DNA from: an uncultured Chloroflexia bacterium | Lineage (GTDB): Bacteria; Chloroflexota; Limnocylindria; Limnocylindrales; CSP1-4 | Length of the DNA stretch: 64,000 nucleotides | NCBI GenBank assembly: GCA_963790915.1 | Contig: CAWBQS010000005.1 | Span: 87,579-151,578 of the forward strand | Reading direction: 5' to 3' | Shown: in pieces, positions 54,981 to 64,000 of the stretch | Layout of the letters: each line of letters starts with the position of its first letter | Position numbering within the stretch: the first letter of the stretch is position 1 | Translations under genes and position numbers: made by a program | The notes under the pieces: generated by a model | What the model saw: the letters and a program-made list of their open reading frames with translations, nothing else | Databases searched by the model: none | Told to the model about the DNA's origin: nothing

Positions 54981-55010
54981 ACTCTACACGCTTCGGTGCG
55001 GAGATGTCCA
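54981..55010 (-). promoter_or_regulatory. Promoter candidate for the leader ORF / ilv operon
   Basis: The minus strand reads TGGACA, an 18-nt spacer, then TAGAGT, about 40 nt upstream of ATG 54940. Confidence 0.35.
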
Positions 55011-55160
55011 GCACCGTCCAAGGTCCTGCCGCGCCGCTGCGATGGTCCGGGCGTTCCTGACGTGACGGCATCGGCTCGTGGGCCCACAGTGGCACGAGCA
55101 GCCACGTCGGGCAGGCGCAGCACGCCGATCAAGCCTGGCCCAGGCGCCCACATGCCACGA

Positions 55161-55478
55161 TCAGGTGGGAACGCAGACTTCCACCCAGGAGTCTTCCACC
55201 TGCCGCAGCGCGATGCGTCCGGGGGTGCCGTCACTGAGGACACACCGTGACTCGGTGATCAACTGCTGCGCGCTTCTGACTACCGGCTCCATCTCGATCT
55301 TCGCCTGCTGCCGCCAGCGCGCCAGGAACCGGGCCACGAAGCCGTCGACCGCCTGGCGGGACTCCAGCTTGGCTTCCTCTCGGGCGCGGCGATGCGAGAG
55401 GTGACGCTCGCTGGCGGCAGACTCCGCGGCATGCACGGCCTGATGGCTCTGGTACCCCCCCACAGGGTTCAGGTTCAT
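55161..55478 (-). CDS. Hypothetical 105-aa protein
   Basis: Internal ATG of track ORF 55161..55559, preceded by GAGGAGG. MNLNPVGGYQSHQAVHAAESAASERH.... No recognisable family. Confidence 0.4.
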   Translation of the reverse strand: MNLNPVGGYQSHQAVHAAESAASERHLSHRRAREEAKLESRQAVDGFVARFLARWRQQAKIEMEPVVRSAQQLITESRCVLSDGTPGRIALRQVEDSWVEVCVPT

Positions 55479-55664
55479 CCGAGCCTCCTCGATGGCTGGG
55501 GGGGCCACTCGGGGGCGGTCCCCGTGCCCGAGGTGACCATCGTCCCACCACGTGGCCACACGCCGGGTTCAGCTCCTCGTTCACAAGATACGCCGGGTTG
55601 TCAATGGTCTTCCGGCCCAAAATGCGTTACACATGTCACAGCCTGGTGGAGTGGCCGACGCCCC

Positions 55665-55850
55665 GGGCCCCTCGATCGCGTGGTCGACCGCGCGGATGCT
55701 GGCCCGGGGTCCGCGGCTGACGCTACGCACGGCTCCTCGACCCTCGATCGCGTGGTCGACCGCGCGGATGCTGGCCCGGGGTCCGCGGCCGACGCCAGGC
55801 CGGGCTCCTCGACCCTCGATCGCGTGGTCGACCGCGCGGATGCGCCATCG
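55665..55850. repeat. Tandem repeat array C (3 units, 71-72 bp), same family as arrays A, B and D
   Basis: ccctcgatcgcgtggtcgaccgcgcggatgctggcccggggtccgcgg... occurs three times, with GTCGAC at about 55683, 55755 and 55826. Confidence 0.85.
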
Positions 55851-55897
55851 ATCCCACATAAGCCGCAGTGCAGTGCCCGAGGATAGGGTTCGATTTC

Positions 55898-56737
55898 ATG
55901 ACGCGGCCGCATCCACCGAGGACCCGGTTCGAGCGGCACGCGGCCGACGCCGTCCGGCAGGCGAGGCGCGCGCTGGCCGCGGACCTTCGCAACGGACGGG
56001 AGGACGCGGGCATCAGTCAGCGCCGACTCGCCGCAGTGGCGGGCGTCAGTGACGCGACCATCAGGGCCATCGAGCGCGACGCCGTCGAACCGTCGCTCCA
56101 GGTGGTGGCCCGCGTGGCCACGGCGCTCGGTATGACTCTCGGCGTGCGTCTCTATCCAGGTACGGGTCCGCCGATCCGTGACCACATCCAGGCCGCCATG
56201 CTGGCGGCGCTGCTGGCCATCCTCCACGCACGCTGGCGAGGTCGACCGGAGGTTCCGGTCCATCGCCCGGTCCGAGGCGTAATCGACCTCGTCCTTGACG
56301 CGGCCAGGGAGCCGCTGCTGGCCTGCGAGGCGCATTCAGAGCTGCGACGCCTCGAGCAGCAGATGCGCTGGTTGCGCGCGAAGGCGGACGCGCTGGCTGA
56401 GAGCGGTGGAAGGCGTTCCACGGCGGTCCTGGAGAGGCGCTACACCACAGGCGTCGAGGAGGGTCGTGCCGCCGCTGGCGTCCCTCCCGGCGCAGCCACG
56501 CCGGGAGGAGAGGTCGGGCGGCTCCTGCTGCTGCGTTCGAGCGTGAAGGCGCGCGCTGTGGTCGCCGAATACGCCGACCTCGTGGCGACGGCATATCCAG
56601 CGCGCAGCCGGGACGCCTACGCGGCCCTCACGACCGAGGCGCATTGGCCCGGCGACGCACTCCTCTGGTGCACCGTCGAGGGCGGCCGCGCGACCGTCCT
56701 CGTGCACCCACCACGTGGCATCGTCGTCGGTCGCTGA
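55898..56737 (+). CDS. XRE/Cro-type helix-turn-helix protein with ~200-aa C-terminal domain of unknown function
   Basis: HTH: GISQRRLAAVAGVSDATIRAIERDAVEPSLQVVARVATALGMTL. The C-terminal IDLVLD...LLACEAHSELRRLEQ may be a degenerate PD-(D/E)xK motif (weak). GTG 55868 is an alternative start. Confidence 0.7.
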   Translation: MTRPHPPRTRFERHAADAVRQARRALAADLRNGREDAGISQRRLAAVAGVSDATIRAIERDAVEPSLQVVARVATALGMTLGVRLYPGTGPPIRDHIQAAMLAALLAILHARWRGRPEVPVHRPVRGVIDLVLDAAREPLLACEAHSELRRLEQQMRWLRAKADALAESGGRRSTAVLERRYTTGVEEGRAAAGVPPGAATPGGEVGRLLLLRSSVKARAVVAEYADLVATAYPARSRDAYAALTTEAHWPGDALLWCTVEGGRATVLVHPPRGIVVGR

Positions 56738-56874
56738 TACTGGGATGCTCGCCCGGCGTGTCGTGGGACAGAACAGGCTAGCTTCATCGAGGTCGCTGAT
56801 CCTGGGCTGGTGCCGTTTCCGTCGGCCGCCCGATACACCGCTATGGGCGGCACCTGACTCGATCATTCGCGTGC

Positions 56875-57365
56875 GTGCTGGCGGGCATCGGTGGCCCTAC
56901 CGCCCAGGCAGCGTGGTCGCCGCGTGGATTCGCGCCAGAGGCCGCGTGCTGGCGGGCATCGGTGGCCCTACCGCCCAGGCAGCGTGGTCGACCACGCGGA
57001 TCCGCGCTCAAGGGCCGGGGCGGGCGGCATGGGTGGCCCTTCAGGCCACGGTCGCGTGGTCGACCACGCGGATCCGCGCCCAGAGGCCGCCGCTGGCGTC
57101 ATGGGTGGCTCTTCAGCCCACGGTCGCGTGGTCGACCGCGTGGATCCGTGCCCAGGCGCCGGGGCTGGCGCCGGGCAGACCTCTTCGGCCCACGAACGCG
57201 TGGTCGACCGCGCGGATCCGCGCCCACGCGCCGGGGCTGGCGCCGGGCAGACCTCTTCAGCCCACGGTCGCGTGGTCGACCGCGCGGATCCGCGCCCACG
57301 CGCCGGGGCTGGCGCCGGGCAGACCTCTTCAGCCCACGGTCGCGTGGTCGACCGCGCGAACCCGC
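56875..57365. repeat. Tandem repeat array D (7 units, 72-bp period), same family
   Basis: Core centres at about 56916 (degenerate GTCGCC), 56987, 57059, 57131, 57203, 57275 and 57347. Units 5-7 are nearly identical. A separate 22-bp x2 repeat (cgccgcggtggcctgagggctg) follows at 57366-57415. Confidence 0.9.
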
Positions 57366-57493
57366 GCCGCCGCGGTGGCCTGAGGGCTGCGCCGCGGTGG
57401 CCTGAGGGCTGCGCCGCGGCGGCCACGAGCCCGGTGGCCGCGTCGGCGCACGCCCAGCGCCGAGCCCGTCGGCGCCTCTGCTACGCTCCGAGG

Positions 57494-58959
57494 ATGTCCG
57501 AACCCGCCGCGGCCAGCGGGGCCGCCTCCCCGCGCACGCTCGTCCAGAAGATCTGGGACGACCACGTCGTCCTGCAGGAGCCCGGTGCGCCGACCGTCAT
57601 CGGCATCGACCTGCACCTCGTCCACGAGGTCACCAGCCCGCAGGCCTTCGAGGGCCTGCGGCGCCGCGGCCTCACGGTGCGCCACCCGGAGCGGACGGTG
57701 GCCACGGCGGACCACTCCACCCCCACGCACGACCGCTCGCTGCCCATCCTGGACCAGCAGGCCAGCTTCCAGCTCGCCAAGCTGGCCGCCAACTGCGCGG
57801 AGTTCGGCGTCCCGCTCTACGCCCTGGGCTCGGACCGCCAGGGCATCGTCCACGTCATCGGCCCGGAGCTTGGTCTCACCCAGCCGGGCATGACCATCGT
57901 CTGCGGCGACTCCCACACCGCCACCCATGGCGCCTTTGGGGCCCTGGCCTTCGGCATCGGCACCAGCGAGGTGGAGATGGTGCTGGCCACGCAGACGCTG
58001 CTGCAGCGGCCGCTGCGCACCTACGAGGTCCGCGTCGATGGCCGCCTGGCGCCCGGCGTCACGAGCAAGGACATCATCCTCAACCTCATCAGCCGCATCG
58101 GCGTGGGCGGCGGCACCGGCCACGTCTTCGAGTTCACCGGCGAGGGCATCCGCGCGCTGACGATGGAGCAGCGCATGACCATCTGCAACATGTCCATCGA
58201 GGGTGGCGCACGGGCCGGGCTCATCGCCCCGGACGACACCACCTTCGAGTACGTCGCCGGCCGACCCCACGCCCCAGCGGGCGCCGACTTCGACGCTCGC
58301 CGTGGAGCGCTGGCGCCGCCTGCCCTCGGACCCCGGCGCGGTCTACGAGAAGTCGATCGTCATCGACGCGGCTGCGCTGCAGCCCATGATCACCTACGGC
58401 ACCAACCCGGGCATGGGCATGGGCATCACGGACCGCGTGCCCAGCCCGGCAGGATGCCACGGACGACTCGTCGCGGCGCACCCTGGAGAAGGCCCTCGAC
58501 TACATGGGCCTGGCGCCCGGTGAGCCGCTGCTCGGCCACAAGGTCGATACCGTCTTCATCGGCTCCTGCACGAACAGCCGCATCAGCGACCTGCGCTCGG
58601 CGGCCGCGCTCTTCGAGGGCCGCAAGGTCGCTGAGGGCGTGCGCGTCATGGTCGTGCCTGGCTCGCAGACCGTGAAGGCCCAGGCGGAGCGCGAGGGCCT
58701 GGCCGACGTCTTCCGCGCCGCCGGCGCCGATTGGCGCGAGGCCGGCTGCTCGATGTGCATCGCCATGAACGGCGACCAGGGCGCCCCGGGCGAGTACATC
58801 ATCTCGACGAGCAACCGCAACTTCGAAGGCCGCCAGGGCAAGGGCGCCCGCACCTTCCTGGCCTCGCCGCTGACCGCCGCCGCCACCGCCCTGGCCGGCG
58901 TCATCACCGACCCGCGACCGCTCGTCGATCGCGTCGCGACCGTCCTCGGGAGCAGGTAA
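57494..58959 (+). CDS. leuC: 3-isopropylmalate dehydratase large subunit; two apparent frameshifts (near 58297 and 58452)
   Basis: [54 protein letters not shown], then [38 protein letters not shown] in the second frame and [14 protein letters not shown]...[10 protein letters not shown] in the third. Confidence 0.88.
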
Positions 58960-58962
58960 GCC

Positions 58963-59587
58963 ATGAACCGAGCCGTTCACGACCTTCACCAGCGCGCTCA
59001 TCCCGCTGCCCGCGGAGAACGTCGACACCGACCAGATCATCCCCGCCCGCTTCCTCAAGACGACGGAGAAGTCGGGCCTCGCCGATGCCCTCTTCTGCGA
59101 CTGGCGCTACGACGCCGATGGGACGCCCAGGCCGGACTTCATCATCAACCGCCCCGAGATGCAGGGCCGCCAGATCCTCCTGGCCGGTGACAACTTCGGC
59201 GCCGGCTCGTCGCGCGAGCACGCGCCCTGGGCGCTGACCTCGTGGGGCATCCGGGCCATCCTCTCCACGAGCTTCGCTGACATCTTCCGCAACAACGCGC
59301 TGAAGAACGGCCTGCTGCCCATCGTCGTGGACGCGGACACCCACCGTGCCCTCTTCGACCTGCTGGCCGCCGACCCCGAGGCCCAGCTGACGGTCGACCT
59401 CGAGGCCCAGCGCGTGCACCTGCCGGACGACCAGGACATCGACTTCACGGTCGACCCCTTCGCCCGCCGCATGCTCCTCGACGGCACCGACGAGATCGGC
59501 TGGCTGCTGGCCCGCTCGGCCGCCATCGACGCCTGGGAGGCCGCCCACCCGGCCCGCATCGACACGCGGCCGCTGCCCGCGGCCTGA
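58963..59587 (+). CDS. leuD: 3-isopropylmalate dehydratase small subunit; apparent frameshift right after the ATG
   Basis: The frame of track ORF 59159..59587 extends upstream as TEPFTTFTSALIPLPAENVDTDQIIPARFLKTT.... ATG 58963 is out of frame by one base (atgaaccgag versus the expected atgaccgag). GDNFGAGSSREHAPWAL. Confidence 0.85.
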
Positions 59588-59676
59588 CGGCGAACCGGCT
59601 GCTACGGGCCGCTGCCCGTGCGGCTCGGCGGCGCCCGCCGCTCGTCGCGGTCGGTGGCCAGCAGCCCCGCGATCGC

Positions 59677-60600
59677 CTACCCGCTCACGAAGTCGGCCGG
59701 CTCCATCCCGACATCGATCGTGAGCGAGGCCGGGCCGAACGTCCCGTAACCGAGCTTGCCCAGGAAGGGGGGAAGCGGGCCGCGGAGGGGGACGAAGTCG
59801 ACGCGGACCGCGTCGCCGTCGATCACGAGATCGGTCACCTCGAGCACGATCTCCTCGGGCTCCTCCGAGTCGGGGTCGCGGTATCCGGCGATGTTCAGCC
59901 GCGCCGTCGGAGGGTCGGCCAAGCCGTCACGCGCCGCGTCAAGCGCCGCAGCGAACGTGGCCACGTCCCAGGCGCCCTCATCAGGCTCGGGCCACGCGCT
60001 CGACCATGCCACCGCGGGGACGCCTTCGAGGATGAGGTTGTCTTCCCAGATGGTCATGGCGCTTCCCGCCAGGACCGCCTCGAGGGACGGCAGCGGGTCG
60101 AGCCCCACCGTTCGGCGGACCTCGTCGATGGCTCATGCGCTGCAGGCCCCGATTCGAGGCGCTCGCTGCTGGGGCTGCCTTCGATCCAGGCCGCGCTGTT
60201 GACGCGGCCCTTGACCCCGGGCAGCTTGCCGCCCAGGGCCAGCGCGATGCGGTCGCCGGGCAGCGCGTACGAGATGCGAGCTCTCGCGGCAGGTCTGTTC
60301 CCCGCGGAGCGGGAGCCCCGAGTACAAGGCGTCGACGTCGATCGTGCCGGCGGAAGCGGTTGCCCTTCAGGACCTCCTCGACCTCCAGGCCGAAGGTCGG
60401 ACATCCACGCTCGATCCGCGCCGGGCGGCCGGATGTCGACCACCCGCCCGATGACGACCTGTCTCGCGGTGGGCGCCACTCGCTCGAAGGCGGGCCAGCG
60501 GTTGGGGTTGCCCACGCACTCCGCGAGGGCAGGAGCGGCCGGCGCGAGCGAGACCAGCACCAGGGATGAAGCGAGCGAGGACTCGCGCGAGCGACGTTCA
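59677..60600 (-). pseudogene. Hypothetical secreted protein gene fragmented by several frame changes
   Basis: A signal-peptide-like LASSLVLVSLAPAAPALAECVGN sits in one frame. FGLEVEEVLKGN, ISYALPGDRIALALGGKLPGVKGRVNSAAWIEG and the 143-aa ORF 59677..60108 lie in other frames. Confidence 0.35.
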
Positions 60601-60784
60601 TCTCGAGGATGCCTCCTCAGCAGGCCGCGCTGGTGCAGATGTCTGCTGGAGACTCGGACTCGACGCGGTCGGCCTTGGTGAACCAGCTCCGGCATTGCCC
60701 AGGGTGATTGTCGCACTCCGGTCCCCTACTGAGCCCCGGCGACGCGCCGTACACTGGCGGTCCCCGACGTGCGAGGAACGACCG

Positions 60785-62489
60785 ATGTCCCTGCCCTACG
60801 ACCGCCCCAGCGACCCGGCCAAGCGGCACTCCGCCGCCCTGACCGACGGGCCCGACCGCGCAGCGGCCCGGGCCATGCTCAAGGCCATGGGCTTCACCGA
60901 TGATGACCTTGCGAAGCCCATCGTCGGCGTGGCCACGACCTGGATCGAGACGATGCCCTGCAACCTCAACCAGCGCCGCCTGGCTGAGTTCGTGAAGGCG
61001 GGCATCCGCGAGGCGGGCGGCACGCCCATGGAGTTCAACACCATCGCCATCTCCGACGGGGTGGCCATGGGCACCGAGGGCATGAAGGCCTCGCTCGTCA
61101 GCCGCGAGGTGGTCGCCGATTCCATCGAGCTGGTCACGCGTGGGCACCTCTTCGACGGGCTCGGTCGTGCTCTCCGGCTGCGACAAGACCAACCCCGGCG
61201 CGGCCATGGCCGTGGCCCGCCTCGATATCCCCAGCGTGATCCTCTACAACGGCACGATCTACCCGGGCACCTACAAGGGAGAGCCCCAGGACGTCGTCAG
61301 CGTCTTCGAGGCCATCGGCGCCTACCGGGCGGGCAAGCTGAGCCTCGAGGAGCTCTACGAGATCGAGTCGGTGGCGTGCCCGGGCGCCGGCGCCTGCGGG
61401 GGCCAGTTCACCGCCAACACGATGAGCATGTGCCTGGAGTTCCTGGGCCTCTCGCCTGCCGGCCTCAACGGCATCCCGGCCGAGGACCCGCGCAAGGACG
61501 AGGCCGCGCGACGCTGCGGCGAGCTGGTCATGGACCTCGTGCGCCGGGACGTCCGACCGCGTGCCATCGTGACGCGCAAGTCGCTGGAGAATGCCATCGC
61601 CGGCGTGGCTGCCACGGGCGGCTCCACCAATGCCGTCCTCCACCTGCTGGCCATCGCCGCGGAGTTCGACATCCCGCTCGACATCGACGAGTTCCACGAC
61701 GTGGCGACGCGCACGCCGCTCATCGGGGACCTGCGGCCGGGCGGGCGCTACTCCGCGGCCGACATCGACGCCGCCGGAGGCGTCGGCATCGTCATCCGGG
61801 AGCTGCTCAAGGGCGGCCTCATGCATGGTGATGAGACGACGGTGAGCGGCCAGACGCTCGCCCAGATCGCCGCTGCCGTCGAGGAGACGCCAGAGCAGCA
61901 GGTCTTCCGACCCATCGAGCGGCCCATCAAGACGACGGGCGGCCTGGCCATCCTGCGCGGCACGCTGGCCCCCGAGGGCTGTGTCATGAAGCTGGCAGGC
62001 CACGAGCGACGCCAGTTCAGCGGACCGGCCCGCGTCTTCGAGTCGGAGAACGCCTGCTTCGAGGCCCTCAGGCGGCAGCGTATCGTGCCGGGCGACGTCG
62101 TCGTCATCCGCTACGAGGGGCCCGTCGGCGGACCTGGCATGCAGGAGATGCTCAGCGTCACCGGCGCGCTCGTCGGCGAGGGCCTGGGTGAATCCGTGGC
62201 CCTGCTCACCGACGGCCGGTTCAGCGGCGGGACACGCGGCCTGATGATCGGGCACGTGGCCCCGGAGGCAGCCCTGGGCGGCCCCATCGCCCTCGTGGCC
62301 GAGGGCGACACGGTGACCATCGATGTGGACCGGCGAGCCCTGGACCTGGAGGTCGATGGCGCGGAGCTGGCGCGCCGTCGGGCGGCCTGGACAGCGCCGG
62401 CGCCGCGCTACCGGACGGGCGTCATGGCCAAGTACGCGGCCCTGGTGAGCTCAGCCAGCGAAGGCGCGGTCACCCGGCCCCGCTGGTAG
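60785..62489 (+). CDS. ilvD: Dihydroxy-acid dehydratase; apparent frameshift near 61163
   Basis: ATG 60785 after [38 protein letters not shown], then in the next frame [16 protein letters not shown]...[16 protein letters not shown]...[13 protein letters not shown]. Removing one G from ctcggtcgtg joins the two frames. Confidence 0.9.
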
Positions 62490-62658
62490 GGCTCACTCGG
62501 AGCCGCACTCCGGCACGCGGCCGCGGCACACGGCCGCCCCCGCGGAGAGAGTCAGCGCGGCGGGTGGGAGATGCGGGCTGCGGCGCGGAGAGTCGTTGCG
62601 GCGCGGAGATGGATCGCGGGGCGGCTGGACCGCCCCGCACTGCGTTGGTCTCGAACCG

Positions 62659-63852
62659 CTAGCGCTCGTACTGGGCGCGCAGCGTGTCATCGCCGGGGGC
62701 GTTGTTCTGCCAGGCCTCGGCCAGCCTGGAAGCGTCGCCCGACTTCCACAGCGCGCCCATACGGGCGCCGTTGTGACCGTAGCCACGGGTCACCCACGCG
62801 CCACCGGCGTTCGTCGACTCGATGCGGCGTGGCTTCAACGTGCCGTCCTTGCTGGCCGCGGCCTCCACGACGATGCGCGAGCCGATCCGATCGACCGAAT
62901 AGGCCCGAGACGGGGAACGGACGGTGCCGGTCCCGATGAGCAGCTCCGGCTCCTCGAAGCTCGCGCCATGGTCCCCGGAGAGCCTGACCTTGACCTTGCC
63001 ACCATCGGTGTAGGCGACGACGACGTCGGCCCCGCGCGCCGCGATCTGCGGATCTCGCGTGTCGCCGGAGGCGAGCGTCGTGGTGCCCTCCCGGTCGACG
63101 ACGGGCCGCGGGTCGTCGCTCACGGAGAAGCGCGTGTAGCGCAGATCGTCACTCGCGCCACCGGTCCACGTGACGTGCACCGAGTCCGAGCCGGCATCGA
63201 CCGCGATGCCGGTCTTGGTGTTCGCCTCGCCAAGGCCGAAGACGGAGCGTACCTTGGCCTGTGTGCCGAGTGGCTCCAGGCTGCGCAGCATGAGGCGAGC
63301 ACGCGTCTTGTCACCGCTGCGTTCCAGCCAGGCGATGGCGACGAGCTTGTTGCCGACACAGGCGATCGACACGCGACTGACGACGCGGTCGACCGCGGCC
63401 TGCGTGACGAAGGCCTGACCGGCGACGCCGGCGATGGTGCGGCTGGTCAGGAGCACGTCCCGGTCACGGGAATCATCGCCCGGGTAGTTGGCGACGCTGG
63501 CGGCCCAGATGCGGCCACCACAGATGTCCAGGGACAGGCCCCGCGTGCCGTCTCCGGCGACACGGAAGCGCCGCAGGACGTCATTCGAGTTCAGGAAGCT
63601 GCGGGCACCGTTGGTGCTGTAGGCGACGAACAGGGAGCCTGGGTCTGCACCCTGCCGCCAACCCACCGCGACGACGGGCCCGGTTCCGCCGGCCTTCGTG
63701 GTTGCGGCCACGTCCTGGAGAAGGACCACGCTGTCCTTGGCCAGCGGGTCCGGCTTGGATGCTCCGTATGAGCCCAGGGCGGGCACGGAAGCGGCGATCA
63801 CCAGGGCCAGAGCCAGGGTGCCGCCGGGCAGGAGTCTTCGCTTGACGACCAT
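62659..63852 (-). CDS. Secreted beta-propeller (BNR/sialidase-like) protein, hypothetical
   Basis: ATG 63852 after GGAGGAA, inside track ORF 62659..63948. Signal peptide MVVKRRLLPGGTLALALVIAASVPALG. Repeated STNGARSF / SGDHGASF / STNAGGAW motifs. Confidence 0.7.
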   Translation of the reverse strand: MVVKRRLLPGGTLALALVIAASVPALGSYGASKPDPLAKDSVVLLQDVAATTKAGGTGPVVAVGWRQGADPGSLFVAYSTNGARSFLNSNDVLRRFRVAGDGTRGLSLDICGGRIWAASVANYPGDDSRDRDVLLTSRTIAGVAGQAFVTQAAVDRVVSRVSIACVGNKLVAIAWLERSGDKTRARLMLRSLEPLGTQAKVRSVFGLGEANTKTGIAVDAGSDSVHVTWTGGASDDLRYTRFSVSDDPRPVVDREGTTTLASGDTRDPQIAARGADVVVAYTDGGKVKVRLSGDHGASFEEPELLIGTGTVRSPSRAYSVDRIGSRIVVEAAASKDGTLKPRRIESTNAGGAWVTRGYGHNGARMGALWKSGDASRLAEAWQNNAPGDDTLRAQYER

Positions 63853-64000
63853 GGCGTTTCCTCCCAACACGGTCTTTGCGTTTCTGCGATTCTCCACCCT
63901 CTGCCCCCAGCCTAACCGATGGCCCGCGTCACCGCAGCCGAGCGCCATGCGAGGCTGCTCAGTCGATGCCAGGGACCCGGCGCAATCCGCCGCGGCGGGA

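Noticed and set aside
54610-55160. T-box or other riboswitch leader upstream of ilvB, and tRNA genes anywhere in the window (GGTTCGA-like strings at about 26520 and 55885).
   Set aside because: I could find no T-box consensus (AGGGTGGTACCGCG-like) on either strand. The GGTTCGA-like strings lie inside coding sequence or lack flanking acceptor and T-stem pairing.
55441-55500. Possible extra frame disruption in the 105-aa ORF when I read the printed bases by eye.
   Set aside because: Three independent ORFs in the supplied track read through this stretch consistently. I therefore attribute the discrepancy to my own base counting at line boundaries and followed the track frame (start 55478).
54700-57500. 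Prophage, IS or integrative element between ilvB and leuC.
   Set aside because: I saw no integrase, transposase, terminal inverted repeats or att-like direct repeats. The segment holds only an HTH gene, two small ORFs and the repeat arrays. I describe it as a possible inserted module, not as a mobile element.

Overview
This is a very GC-rich (about 70%) bacterial chromosomal segment. It is dominated by housekeeping genes and has no rRNA, tRNA, CRISPR, transposase or integrase that I can see. The phylum cannot be assigned from sequence alone; gene content fits a high-GC Actinomycetota- or Chloroflexota-like organism.

Gene content, left to right:
- obg (partial), rho, a short transaldolase, a secreted two-domain protein, pyrG and a beta-hydroxyacid reductase.
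- A three-gene TadE/TadE/TadG pseudopilin cluster.
- A BNR-propeller gene plus a MoaD-like::YdeI fusion, and a HAD phosphatase.
- A pentose-phosphate operon, tkt-pgi-zwf-opcA-pgl.
- An SbcC/YhaN-like ATPase with its SbcD/YhaO-like nuclease partner, and a CxxC zinc-ribbon protein.
- pruA, then an ECF sigma / anti-sigma-like pair followed by four small secreted proteins.
- gabT, two DMT transporters, a CoA-transferase A/B pair, a fused moaD-moaE, a GGDEF-EAL protein and a cyclophilin.
- A long minus-strand ilvB-ilvN-ilvC-leuA-leuB-cimA-pheA cluster.
- An XRE-type HTH gene, leuC, leuD, ilvD and a secreted BNR-like protein.

Main observations:
1. A dispersed family of 72-bp tandem repeats with an 18-bp palindromic core occurs at four intergenic loci. 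Two of the arrays bracket the HTH gene.
2. The ectodomain of the putative anti-sigma factor is repeated as three free tandem paralogues in the same operon.
3. Two beta-grasp (MoaD/ThiS-type) domains have an internal GG and are fused in frame to downstream domains.
4. A promoter, a leader ORF and an intrinsic terminator sit in front of ilvB.
5. About 20 single-base frame disruptions hit otherwise intact genes, many of them essential. This points mainly to indel errors in the assembly.

Coordinates of non-coding features may be off by 1-2 nt.
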